DNA of 62,934 nt, filler included, from Stramenopiles sp. TOSAG23-3 (lineage: Eukaryota), in the NCBI GenBank assembly GCA_900128585.1. It is 6 parts of 6 records of this genome, joined end to end, with 100 filler letters (N's around TTAATTAATTAA, not from the genome) between each part and the next. Parts side by side here need not be neighbours in the genome. Positions count along the whole stretch, not along the records: positions 36,753 to 48,876 come from LT642708.1; positions 48,977 to 61,098 come from LT642709.1; 4 more parts are not named here. One strand, written 5' to 3'. Position numbers and translations under genes: made by a program. Of this stretch, positions 43,901 to 53,882 are shown in pieces. Every line of letters begins with the position of its first letter. Within the stretch, counting starts at the first letter, position 1. A model generated the notes under the pieces. The model made no database searches and was not told the DNA's origin. It saw only the letters and a list, made by a program, of their open reading frames with translations.

Positions 43901-44739
43901 GACTTATGGCCCTTTCCATTTTCAAAAGATACGTTTTAACCTCGTTTCTACCTGCACTTGGTCAAGAATTGCGGCAAAGAATTAAACGAAGAATCAAGGA
44001 TTTATACAATGCAAAAGACCTTGTCGACAAGAAGTCTTTGCTGCAGCAAATGAGAGACCCTCGACAATTGTTTGATGAAGCCCAAAGCCAGATACTTGGT
44101 ATAATTCATCACGGCGCATATCAAGAATTTTACAAATCAAAATATGGACGCAGGTATTTGATACACCGCCTTTCGCAGCAGAAGTACAGCAAGCAGTGGA
44201 CTGTATTCCAGTCGATTGTTCGAGGTGTTCAACAACGTGTAAAATACGAAGAGATGCTAGACGAGCTAGACGAAAAATCGGAAGAGCCAGAAGTTTCAGA
44301 AGCCCTCGAACACTCTTACCGCCTGGTAATGGGCCAGTGGCAAGTGCGCCATGACGCGGCCCGGAAGATCCAGGGAATGTTTGTGTGCTTCAAGTCCAGA
44401 AAGGCAGTCAAGGCGATGTTAAAAAAGTTAATTGTCCAAAGGTACGACCCAAGCTCGCGTGCGTACTACTACTTGAACACAAAGACTGGGGAAAGTTCGT
44501 GGGAGCAGCCGAAGCTACTTCAAGCAAAACCTAACCGCAATCAATCGGGAGGTGGATCACATGGAAACGATTGGCAAGAGCAGTGGGATGCGGCAAGTGA
44601 CAGAATGTACTGGTACAATAGCCGAGGGGAAACAACTTGGGAAAATCCGAACAAGTGGACAGAGGCCAGAGATGGTAACAACAGGCCATACTGGTACAAT
44701 GATAACGGTGAAACGACGTGGGAAAATCCGAATTCGTAA
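40930..44739 (+). CDS. Ankyrin-TPR-RGS-IQ-WW multidomain protein
   Basis: Two ankyrin blocks (G.TAL/TPL), kinesin-light-chain-type TPR (GETHYEVAKSLN), RGS-like (FFLEVEKYR..LFDEAQ..YQEFYKS), IQGMF, three WW domains (YY.N..GE..WE.P). Confidence 0.88.
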   Translation: MADDMEAVRQMDAAARKKRRAMHGIAGQLSASGYLPPLPLPTPELGFDEEIRFGSLACVKKALRRRGLSLNSIGLKGHDRLTHLGKRLKIALAREKEALDEAALCKELKDRGKSIVTVGVLGRERTKLLAQRLHEYRSKELLRQQAQEKIEIWKNIAGASPVARKKTFQDYNKEKYLKLFSAAISINNYPEVQRLIEIGCDPNFETKANHTALRQAATFNRIELTKWLVANGAEVDFQGSTGVTALIIASALGYTEMINLLISLGAKVDFETDTRRTPLIAACKEGRESSVMVLLRERANVNKQNGDGMTPLMVAAVHQQMHVMRLLLQHEADVDIADNDGRDVLTVAKLAHAHKALDFLKKHIGKRPQEWKKRQRAKSRDLGNNEGKKKDANESVNKRLHVDKVAQNAVIGNDFDTVVRLIRRRMVSPNLETHAGETPLMRSSWYGRLKEMEIFLAMGAEVDYQNQRGRSALMSAAKNNQAAAIELLVSWGAYLQLEDADGWTALMLGAENGSTQAVETLIQHGAFVNHRNAFGKTAFVAAIGSGQGSTASILMPRDAAMSVLETTVAKLAHKGLIGMDDGGSSSADVQALIDKGIPTADPFGNGDSPGAATSPSILTKGMKKVRKTDIVEIAREVAEDVDEAIVERLQEEAIQRGSIEAARKRGRREAVTDIQYSPLKNVPKERAVKIDPKAFTFSMDICENVLDGMRERLSGVQKRLQKIVEDGGTVPEVHLDYFDDPAELKMAAFYISTGENFNAAKMLKESLKMQRERFGETHYEVAKSLNVWGGLYSALGKFDKAVVLHGRAKKILVHNHGHMHIDVASTFDMLVNALCGAHQYEEAIIVCERQSKVLRRKLDRHHPLCQQMSKLARMAEKKDSAYAKEVEKSKALEIKDLEKKRIAMLKEEEAKVLWGDRNKGKSLIDAFKDELPPEVKRLLTMESLQQLLAKDTLFVSFFKKYARYAFFKFELQFFLEVEKYRNTSTRDPEFGLMALSIFKRYVLTSFLPALGQELRQRIKRRIKDLYNAKDLVDKKSLLQQMRDPRQLFDEAQSQILGIIHHGAYQEFYKSKYGRRYLIHRLSQQKYSKQWTVFQSIVRGVQQRVKYEEMLDELDEKSEEPEVSEALEHSYRLVMGQWQVRHDAARKIQGMFVCFKSRKAVKAMLKKLIVQRYDPSSRAYYYLNTKTGESSWEQPKLLQAKPNRNQSGGGSHGNDWQEQWDAASDRMYWYNSRGETTWENPNKWTEARDGNNRPYWYNDNGETTWENPNS

Positions 44740-44776
44740 TTAAATTTTTTGTTTTAACAAAAGAAAAATTAAATTA

Positions 44777-44813
44777 CAAAAAATTGGCTGTTATTAAAGT
44801 AGTTAAAATTAAT
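44777..44813 (-). repeat. Reverse copy of the 3'-flank element
   Basis: CAAAAAATTGGCTGTTATTAAAGTAGTTAAAATTAAT, ~40 nt after the + strand stop. Confidence 0.75.
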
Positions 44814-44891
44814 CGTCTAAGAAAAACTAATTCCAGTTTTTTTTAAATCATATTTGTTTTCGGTTTAGTTTTACAAATAATTTGTACATTT

Positions 44892-46307
44892 TTATAGATC
44901 TGCCTCCAACGCGTACTTTAAACGCAACTCCTTCTCAAATTCCGCCACCCGCGATACTAGCATTTTTATGGATTCTGTCCCCGCCTCTGGATCCTCCCTT
45001 GCGGTCGTACGAATACTAAGCAAATCAATTTCAAAATCGTCAACTTCGCCGAGCAACATTTTTTTGCTTGATTCGGTCAAGTCGGGGATTGCATTTATAA
45101 GGTCTTTCAGTTTATTGTAAGTTGAAGGCTTCTTTTGTTGACTCTTCCGTTCGCTTAACCGTACTGCCGGGGTACTTCTATATCTTTCCCGCGCCGTTGA
45201 TTCTGCAGACCGTTCGTTTCGTGTTTCGGAGCTGTCTCGTGCGGCAGATCTCGTTCTTCTTGCTGCTTCTTGGCGTATTAGTTGCCGTAAGTGTTTGTAT
45301 TCTTTTCGCAACTCAGCGAGGCTTACTAAACTATCATCATTTCCCCCTGAATATATTTGTTTGATCTTTAAATTCAGTGCTGAAAACCGATGTTTGTACC
45401 TTTCGAGTGTATTTTCCTCTTCGTTCTCGGTGTTTACAATGAGATTATTTTCCAGTTCTTTTAAAACGGCTTTTGCCTTTTCTGCTCGTTCACGATTTTT
45501 GTCGGGTGTACTTAAATCTTCTCTTTCGCCTATTCTCTGGGTTTGTGCACTTATTTTCTCCCTCATCCGCGTTGCCTTCTCTTCCCGTTTACGGTCTCGA
45601 TCCGGCGTGCCAACATTTTCTACTTGATCGCTAACCTCGCTTTCTGTTTCTGGCATTTCCTCTAAAAGTTGTTTCTCTACCTGCAGCAACGCTTCTTTTT
45701 GTGCGCCCTCTAAAGCGCGCTTCTTTTCAGACTCTTCCATTAACACCGCCTGTAGCGCTTCCTCGATTTCCCGTTCTAAAATGTTTTCCTCAGTTTCTAC
45801 CGTTATTGTTTCTGGACGCTCTTTTCCCTCATTACTGCGAACGTCTATTGCAGACTCCAAATGGGTTTCTTCTACTGGGTCCAATTCGGGGTCTGGATCA
45901 GTTTCTTCAGTGGGCGTTTCACTTTCTTCTTCTTTAATGGCCACAGGAACTTTCTCCGGCTCAGGTATACTTTCAACTGTGCCGTGGTCAGATGTACTTT
46001 CAACTGTGGCCGGACCACTATCTACTTCGGGTTTGATGCGCATGTTAGCCTTTTCGCTGCTTTGCTCCTCGGTTGCTGTCTCAATATTGCCCCTCTGATC
46101 CTGTACATTCCCTTTAGTTCCTACTGATGTTGATTCTTTGGTTTTCTCGGCTTCTTCTGCCCATTGCGCCATTAAATTGATCTCATCTTCCATCTTCTTC
46201 TCTGCAAGTTCCGCATATTCACTATCCGACAAGCTAGTCACAGACAAAAACAAAAAGCAACAAATGGAAAATAACCAAAAAGTGTAGGGCAAACTGGAGG
46301 TTTTCAT
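44892..46307 (-). CDS. Signal-peptide, Glu-rich coiled-coil protein ending in EADL
   Basis: Hydrophobic N-terminus FWLFSICCFLFLSVTS; acidic middle; KDEL-like end; first ATG at 46307. Confidence 0.75.
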   Translation of the reverse strand: MKTSSLPYTFWLFSICCFLFLSVTSLSDSEYAELAEKKMEDEINLMAQWAEEAEKTKESTSVGTKGNVQDQRGNIETATEEQSSEKANMRIKPEVDSGPATVESTSDHGTVESIPEPEKVPVAIKEEESETPTEETDPDPELDPVEETHLESAIDVRSNEGKERPETITVETEENILEREIEEALQAVLMEESEKKRALEGAQKEALLQVEKQLLEEMPETESEVSDQVENVGTPDRDRKREEKATRMREKISAQTQRIGEREDLSTPDKNRERAEKAKAVLKELENNLIVNTENEEENTLERYKHRFSALNLKIKQIYSGGNDDSLVSLAELRKEYKHLRQLIRQEAARRTRSAARDSSETRNERSAESTARERYRSTPAVRLSERKSQQKKPSTYNKLKDLINAIPDLTESSKKMLLGEVDDFEIDLLSIRTTAREDPEAGTESIKMLVSRVAEFEKELRLKYALEADL

Positions 46308-46611
46308 TTTCAACTTGCCTGCGCTGTAAACAGTGCTTAATTGGATTGAAGACTGAATACAAAATAAAATTGATCGTTAAATTAATTCGTATAGTTTCGT
46401 CTTCTGCAATAGAGAGGATTCTTCGCTTGAAAGTTATGAAGAAAAGTTTTGAATTCTCAATCATGGTTGTAATTGTTGTTGGATTACGAGGACCTCGTAT
46501 ATGATGCATCATACATAGTCTATGATATGATGATGAATGAAAAAAAAAGTTATTGTTGCGTTGCGGTTGTTGTTTTTTATTAAAAAAAAAAAAATAATAT
46601 CTCAATTTTTT

Positions 46612-46735
46612 TCATTCTTCTTCTTTCTTCTTCTTTCTTCTTCTTCTTTTTCTTCTTTCTTCTTCTTCTTCTTCTTTTTCTTCTTCTTCTTCTTCTTCGT
46701 CGTATTTTTTTTTTCCCTTCTTCTTCTTTCTTGTT
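46612..46735. repeat. (TTC)n low-complexity tract
   Basis: TTC arrays in a divergent intergenic region. Confidence 0.9.
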
Positions 46736-47209
46736 GTTCGTGTTTCTTTGTTCTCGTCGTCCTTTGGATACCCTATTATTAAACATTAACGGAGAATGCC
46801 TTGCGTACAGCAAGGAAAAAGAAAATACAGATGTTGTGTTCCTGCTACGTTAGTCCAAATAAATTGTGATGACGACAACAGCTATGGGACGACGGTCGGT
46901 CGATTTTTGTTTAAGGATCCCCCCCCTCCTCTCTTCTTCAATCATCCCTACTACTCTTCCTCTACTCCCTCCTCCCTCTCTTCTATTTTTGTGGTGGATG
47001 TACAGTATTATTTATTGAAAGCGATTATGCGTTTACAGTTCAGTGAAATCCACGAACCAAGGTGGCAACGATGCGTTCTAAGCAAATCTGTCGGCCCTGA
47101 TTTTGATAAGACCGTACCATTTTGAACATTAACCAATCGACGTATCAGTTTTGCTGCGGGTTGCCTGTGTAATTTTTTGCTCGCCCGAGTGCACTTGTTG
47201 GTATCCAGA

Positions 47210-48876
47210 ATGCCACCGGTGCTCGTCTCCAACTCGGAGTATATGCGAAGGTTGTTACCGCGACCTATTACCTTCCATTTGGCTAGAAAACGAGAAAATG
47301 CGTTCAACATGGGGCAAAATTCCACTTCAAGTAGTGAAGATGCAGACAGCACGCGTGTGAATCCGCGTGAAAGTTTATGTCGTTACGAAACTGTGAGAAA
47401 AGTTGCTGACTGGAAAAAGCCTTCCCGAGCAGGGGCTGGTCTCCACAACCTTGGGAACACGTGCTACTTAAACAGTGTCATTCAGTGCCTTACACATACT
47501 GCCCCTTTGGCAGGACTCTGCTTGAACGGTTATTTTAGTAGACGGATAAAGGCATCGAATGAAAGCAGCCTTAACATTTTTGTATGCCATGTTCAACGAG
47601 CACTGTCTAAACACGGTGGGGGAGCGTTTGCTCCCAAGAGCATAATTCGAAAATTGCGCACCTACTCTAGAACGTTTCGCGTAGGGCGGCAGGAGGATGC
47701 TCACGAATTTTTGCGCACGTTTCTTGGGTCATTGCAAAAGTCTTGCCTGCGTGCATCAGGACGGTCGTCGGACGATGTCAGCCCTGTGGCGGAGACAACA
47801 AGCATATACCACGTTTTTGGAGGCTACATGGAAAGCCAAGTAAAGTGTCTACAGTGCAAAAACACCTCGAAGCGGTCTGACGTGTGCCTTGACGTTTCTA
47901 TAGAGGTGAGTCGCACGCTGCAGAGTGCACTAAAAAGGCACACGGCAATTGAATTGTTAGACAAGGACAACCGATGGAGGTGTGATAAGTGTAAACAGTT
48001 AGTTCGGGCAACGAAGCAATTGCTCTTTAAAAATTTGCCAACCATTCTTGTTGTTCACCTGAAACGTTTTTCTCCGTTTGGCGGCAAATTGATGAGCCAC
48101 GTTGAATACTCTCCGAGGCTCAATATGAAACAGTACAGCTCCCGCAGTTGCGGAGAGGAAGATTTCAACTACGATCTCTACGCCGTTCTTGTTCATTCGG
48201 GACACTCTACGCATTCGGGACACTATTATAGCTACGTCAAAGCCCCAAATGGGGGTTGGTACGAAATGAATGATAGTTATGTGGGGCAAGTCGGGCTGAA
48301 GACCGTCCTTCGTCAGCAGGCTTATTTGTTATTTTACAAAAAGTCTGTGCTTAAAAGCAGTAGCTCAGATAATGCGGCTGAGAATCACTTGCACCCCAAA
48401 GATTCTATGAAATCCCGCCCGAGCGCACCCGTACAACAATGTGAAGAATACGGCGAAGAAGTCCTACGCCCCAAATCCAAACCGGAATCCCCTGAGCTGC
48501 CAAGCAATAGGACAAAAGAAAGTATGTACGATGAAAGCAGGAAATGCTATTCTTCGTCTGGGATTCGCTCTATAATGAAAGGTGTGTTCGGAACCCCCGC
48601 TCTTCGGAGATTTATTATGAACAAGCGTGCGTTGCAAGGTGCTAAACCTCCATCCCCACCCCCACAACCAACCATCAAAAACGAAAGACCACGTAGCGCG
48701 ACTACTGCTGTTCGGCACAATAAATCAAAACAACGTGTCGTAAAATTTCAACAAGGGGAAGAGACGGTGATGATCCACGGCTACAGCGATGGCAAGTTGA
48801 TAGAATCGTCTTCTGTGAAAGGCTGGAAGGCCTCCCTTGAAAATCAGAAGAAGCAGAGAAATCGTTTGTACAGACC
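47210..48876 (+). CDS. Ubiquitin-specific protease, USP36/42-like (3'-truncated)
   Basis: GLHNLGNTCYLNSVIQCL, QEDAHEFLR, HLKRF, SGHYYSYVK, WYEMNDS, AYLLFY; start codon uncertain. Confidence 0.9.
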
Positions 48877-48976
48877 NNNNNNNNNNNNNNNNNNNNNNNN
48901 NNNNNNNNNNNNNNNNNNNNTTAATTAATTAANNNNNNNNNNNNNNNNNNNNNNNNNNNNNNNNNNNNNNNNNNNN
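48877..48976. other. Artificial contig linker
   Basis: N44-TTAATTAATTAA-N44. Confidence 0.98.
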
Positions 48977-49183
48977 AAAAAAAAAAAATGAAACTTCTTT
49001 CTTTCTGTATATGATTTGAGTTGAATTGAACTGGGGGAATTTTTCTCATGCCGATATTTAGTAAATGGAATTAAGAAAAATCTATTATTTTATACAGTAA
49101 CTATACAGTTGACATGTACTTGGTTGGGGCACTTTAATGCTTCTTTTGGATCCCCTAACAAATTTTATGTGGGTGCAGAAATA

Positions 49184-50437
49184 ATGTTGTCCTTTGGTCC
49201 AAGATTGTTGTTCGGGCTGTTCGCTCTGTTGGCCACATGTGTCAGCTGCGTGTTCATTTTGTCTTTTGTCGATTTTCTTTTGAGAAACGTAAAGCCGCTT
49301 TGCCGTTTGCTCTACGGTTCGTTAGTTTCTGCGCTGTTTGGCATCGTTCCTTCGATGTCCCTTGCGATTAGTTTGACTGGCCGACGATCCAACTACCCGA
49401 GGGCGGACGACTGGGGGCACATACAAGTCGCATTGTGTCTGACCACTTTTGCGTTTCTCTGTGCTTTTCTGGCCCAGGACCCGGATAGGCTTTCCATAGA
49501 TTTAACACGGCGGCACAGAGTGTTTGTGAAAATAACGTTCGAATCGGTGACGATAGACTCCTTGTTGTTTGGTATCGCTGGCATTTGTGCCGCCACTGCG
49601 CACTTGTGGACAATCTGCCTATCGGGGAACAATAGCAGTAATGAATATTTTCACGTGCAGACAGGATTGGTTATGGTATGCGTGGCGTTGGTTCAATGGG
49701 CGTACCGTCTCAGTTTAGTGAAGAAATACGAACTTTCTGACCCGACAGTTGGGCTTGGTTGTACATACATTGCGTGGCTCTTTTATCACCAGCATCACCA
49801 GCCCAACCCGTACTCCCACCGAGCCCACGCTTATTTCAGTGCCCTTATCGTTTGCTTCGGCTGGGCACGATCGATAGCTTCCAACTCGATGAGGTGCTTT
49901 TGCTGCAGGTCCAGGTACGAAAGGGTCAGGAGCGACAATTGCATGTACATTCGAAGTAAAAGTTTTTTGTGCATTGTTGGTGACAGTTGCATATTGCCGC
50001 CTCCCGAATCCCTTCGTGCGGGACGCAATAGGTCCATGTCCGACCAGGAAGATGTGATAGGCGACGACGAAGAGGTGAAAGAGAGAGTGCATTCAAATAC
50101 CTATTGTGCGTGCCGGTTTCCATTTACTCTTTTGAGTGCATTTTTCGGACTATGGAGTGGAAACCTGTTCCTGCTGTCCAGCAAAAAGGTGCTTGGCAGC
50201 ATTAGCCACCGCATTAAATCCGCCGATACGTTTGTCGCTTTAGTAGGCGTAGGTTCATGGTTGCTCTTGTCAATGTTTTGCATAATGCTGGATTGGATCC
50301 GGGGGTGTCGGTATGGTAGATCAAAGCGGAAGGAAAGGAAGGAACGAAGGCGGATTAAAAAGACAAGAAGGCAGTATGCCCTTGTACCTGACGGTGAATT
50401 CGATGAAAGAATCGACAGTTACGCCCTTCGGGTTTGA
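49184..50437 (+). CDS. Multi-pass membrane protein with His residues at helix ends (Ytp1/TMEM45-like, tentative)
   Basis: About 8-9 hydrophobic helices; WGH, AHLW, YFHVQ, HQHHQ..HRAH..GWAR pattern. Confidence 0.6.
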   Translation: MLSFGPRLLFGLFALLATCVSCVFILSFVDFLLRNVKPLCRLLYGSLVSALFGIVPSMSLAISLTGRRSNYPRADDWGHIQVALCLTTFAFLCAFLAQDPDRLSIDLTRRHRVFVKITFESVTIDSLLFGIAGICAATAHLWTICLSGNNSSNEYFHVQTGLVMVCVALVQWAYRLSLVKKYELSDPTVGLGCTYIAWLFYHQHHQPNPYSHRAHAYFSALIVCFGWARSIASNSMRCFCCRSRYERVRSDNCMYIRSKSFLCIVGDSCILPPPESLRAGRNRSMSDQEDVIGDDEEVKERVHSNTYCACRFPFTLLSAFFGLWSGNLFLLSSKKVLGSISHRIKSADTFVALVGVGSWLLLSMFCIMLDWIRGCRYGRSKRKERKERRRIKKTRRQYALVPDGEFDERIDSYALRV

Positions 50438-50689
50438 AACTCTGAAACTGATAAAACTCTTCACGGGCGAAATTAAAAACTATCTGTTTATCACTTACAT
50501 TTTTTTTCTTTTGGTTCTTCTTTTTACTTTAAATACTTATACAACGTTACCCACGAGTCAGTCCTTCAAGCTAATAATAAATTAGCTGCACTACCTATAC
50601 GTACTCCACGGTATTACCTGGTACGGTATATAATAATACTACACGTGAGAGGCACGCCAAATGCCAAATGCCTCAACAATCAACAACGA

Positions 50690-50798
50690 GAAAGAAAGAA
50701 GAAGAGAGAAAGAAGAGCAGGACAGGGAGGAGAGAGAGGGGAGGAGGAGTGCGAGAAGAAGAAGAAGAAGAAGAAGAAGAAGAGAAGGAAGAAAGAGA
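50690..50798. repeat. (GAA)n purine tract
   Basis: GAA/GAGA arrays. Confidence 0.85.
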
Positions 50799-51129
50799 AT
50801 AATATTATTTTAAAAAATAAAAAAAAAAAGTAATATATAAGAACAAACAACACGGCGTAATTAGGCCTAATATATTTATAATATTAATAATAATAAAAAC
50901 AACAACAATGATGAATAATAAAATTTTCAATTGTGTGTCTTTAAGTATTATAATCGTTCTGTATATATGATTATGTTCGTGAATGGTGTTTGAAGACTCT
51001 TACTAAAATATGCTTCGCTAACCATTCTCCGTTTGCCCTACTGAAGGTATACTGTTTAATTGCTGTACTGTTAAGAATTTGTCTACTTCGTAAGCGGACA
51101 AGTTTGTTTTGTTTTTAATTTCTCTTCAA

Positions 51130-52839
51130 ATGGACGGGTATAAGTTGCCACCGAAGAAGCCTATTCGTCGAACTAAGAGGGGCGGCGGTGCTTCGAAAGT
51201 GAAAGACGAAGACGATGTGGACAAAATGTCGCGACGGAAAAAGGCCCAATACGATGCTATGATGGCCGAAATTGGCTCAGATGATTCAGATGAAGATTTG
51301 AAAGACGTGCGCAAGTTCACGGCAAGGAGTGGGGGCTTCGGGCGAAAAGTCGGTGCCGACGACGACCTGAAAAAGCAGAGTGACATTGAGAACTTTGGGA
51401 AAACTCGAAAGGTTACCGCCGGTAGCTGGGACGACGACAAGGACGATGGTGCTGGGGCAGGGATCGGGGGGGGGGGCGAAGGTGTCAAGATTAGTGGCGG
51501 GCGCCGGAAAAAGGGGGGAAGGGAAACCACCATGGAGGATCTGCACCGTGCTGAGTTCGGCGAGGACCATAGCTTTCGGCGGCGGTCTGCCGCGCGCCGT
51601 GGGGCCGGCGACACCACCTCTTCGGACGAAGAGGGGGAGGAGGAGGAAGACGCGGCACGGGACCAGAAGAAGAAAGTACAGCATGAGGGGAAAACGCCCG
51701 AGGCGGAGGATCAAGATGGTGCGGGGCAAAAAAAGGGTCGTTTCTCTCTGTTCAAACGTTCAAAAAAGTCGCCCGAGGAAGAGGAGGCGGAAGAGGCGAA
51801 AAAGGCGCGAAAGGCAAAGGCGAAGCGAAAAGAGGCCAAGGAGAAGGCGAAGGCGAAGGCAAAGGCAAGTGGAAAATCGCGTGTGCTTGACCCGCGTCGT
51901 ATGAGATCTTGGCTCACGCGCCCGTGCCGGCAAGGGGACAAGCCTCTGCTCTGCTACGTATCTCGCGACCGCTCCGGCTCGAAGAAGCTGTACCCGGTCT
52001 ATCGCGTGTTCATGGACGACGGGCGGAACGAATTCATCATGATGGGGAGGAAACGGGCGGGCAAAGCAACGTCGAATTTTTTGGTTACCATGGACCATGA
52101 CGTAATTGACCGCTCGAGCGACCTAATTTTAGCAAAGTTACGGGCAAACGTGACTGGGTCGGAATACACCATTTACGACCACGGCATGAGCCCCGGTCCG
52201 AACGTATCTACGGAATGCGTACGCCGAGAGTTGGGTATGATATATTTTGAGTATGATAAAATGGGGCCGGGCAAGATACAGTTCGCCGTCCCGGGAGGAA
52301 GAGCGGTGTTTCGCCCAATGAACGAAGACGAAAAGATTCATACGGCGTACAAGTCTGGAGACACTAGCAAACTGGTCACAGGCACCAATAAGCGACCGAA
52401 ATGGGACGAACACGCGGGAGGGCACGTGCTGAACTTTCATGGCCGCGTAACTATGTCTTCGGTCAAAAACTTTCAGCTCTTCAGTGATGCCACCGGAGAA
52501 GATACGGTGCTCCAGTTTGGTCGCGTGGGCAAAGAGAAGTTTACGATGGACGTGAGTTACCCTTTGAGCCCCGTCCAAGCTTTTGCGATTGTCCTGGCAA
52601 GCATGGACAAAAAAATGGCGGACTCCAGTTTGGCAGACGGTGTGAAAGGAATTCGAAAGAGTTGGTTCGGGTTTGGCAAGAAGAAAGCCGCTGGTGGGAA
52701 GGAAGGAGAGGAAGGAGAAGAGGCCGGCGCAGAGGGGGAAGACGAGGCCGGCGAGGAAGGCGTCTCGAGCAAAAAAGGTGAAAGCGACGAGGAGGACGCC
52801 CCGAAACGCCCATGGGACCAGGAGGAAGAACAGGACTAA
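51130..52839 (+). CDS. Tubby-like protein (TULP)
   Basis: KLRANVTGSEYTIYDHG, NKRPKW....VLNFHGRVTMSSVKNFQL, LQFGRVGKEKFTMDVSYPLSPVQAFAI. Confidence 0.95.
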   Translation: MDGYKLPPKKPIRRTKRGGGASKVKDEDDVDKMSRRKKAQYDAMMAEIGSDDSDEDLKDVRKFTARSGGFGRKVGADDDLKKQSDIENFGKTRKVTAGSWDDDKDDGAGAGIGGGGEGVKISGGRRKKGGRETTMEDLHRAEFGEDHSFRRRSAARRGAGDTTSSDEEGEEEEDAARDQKKKVQHEGKTPEAEDQDGAGQKKGRFSLFKRSKKSPEEEEAEEAKKARKAKAKRKEAKEKAKAKAKASGKSRVLDPRRMRSWLTRPCRQGDKPLLCYVSRDRSGSKKLYPVYRVFMDDGRNEFIMMGRKRAGKATSNFLVTMDHDVIDRSSDLILAKLRANVTGSEYTIYDHGMSPGPNVSTECVRRELGMIYFEYDKMGPGKIQFAVPGGRAVFRPMNEDEKIHTAYKSGDTSKLVTGTNKRPKWDEHAGGHVLNFHGRVTMSSVKNFQLFSDATGEDTVLQFGRVGKEKFTMDVSYPLSPVQAFAIVLASMDKKMADSSLADGVKGIRKSWFGFGKKKAAGGKEGEEGEEAGAEGEDEAGEEGVSSKKGESDEEDAPKRPWDQEEEQD

Positions 52840-53456
52840 ATTCTCTCTGTTTTTTACTCTCATTTACTTGGTCGATCTGTTTTTTAGTTCGAATGTGTCC
52901 TAAACTATTATTATGACGAGAGCAAGTGTTATATGGAAGGAGGGGCTTTTAATTTTATATTTTGTTTGCTCTTATTATATAGCAATTCTCTCTGTCTACT
53001 TTTGTTCAACACTGATGTCCTCACCCCAGTCCACTTCATTCTCGTTTTAACCATCAGATAGGTAAAATAAACAAAAGAGTACATTATTTTTTAAACAACT
53101 AGTAGAATACGATTTACTACACGGAATAACAGAGAGGAGGAACCATTGTTTGGTTTCATCTTCCAAGGCTTTCTTTCCACTTTCTACTCGTTCACGCAAT
53201 CCATTCTTAGCCCAATTTCATCGTCTTTGGGGCGAAACAGATTTAAAAATTTGCCCCCAATGAGAGGTGCACCGGCAAGACGCGCGAGAGGAAAGACAGA
53301 CACTTGGAAGAAACGACAAACCGCCAACGGACCGGCGATCAAAACATTGCATCCACCCAAACCATCCGTCCGTGCCTGTTGTTGTCTACTTGCAAATACT
53401 ATTGAAAACTACTATTAAATAACACACATATGAACCACCGAAATGTATGCATGTAT

Positions 53457-53882
53457 TTAACGGTAAGATTTTTGGTAGCGGGCGCGGGCAGATGGACCAC
53501 CGAACTTCTTTGGTTCACAACGGCGTGGGTCGGCTACAAGCAAAGTTCTGTCGTATGAAAGAAGGATGTCTTTGATTTCGTTTTTAGAGGCCTCGTCAAT
53601 GTATTTTTGGTAATAAGCGATCAAAGATTTGGCAATAGCCTGACGGATGGCGTAGATTTGTGCGGACTGACCTCCACCTTTAACACGAACACGGATATCA
53701 ACTACATTGAATCTGTCTTGTCCAAGAAGCAAAATTGGTTCGTAAACCTTCAATTTCAACCCTTTTGGTTCCACAAGTTCCAGGGGGCGACCGTTCACTC
53801 TGATAAGACCACGGCCTTCTTTGCAATGAGCAACAGCAGTTGCGTTACGTTTGCGGCCAAAGCACTGTACTGATTGAGACAT
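53457..53882 (-). CDS. RPS16: 40S ribosomal protein S16 (uS9)
   Basis: [38 protein letters not shown]. Confidence 0.98.
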   Translation of the reverse strand: MSQSVQCFGRKRNATAVAHCKEGRGLIRVNGRPLELVEPKGLKLKVYEPILLLGQDRFNVVDIRVRVKGGGQSAQIYAIRQAIAKSLIAYYQKYIDEASKNEIKDILLSYDRTLLVADPRRCEPKKFGGPSARARYQKSYR

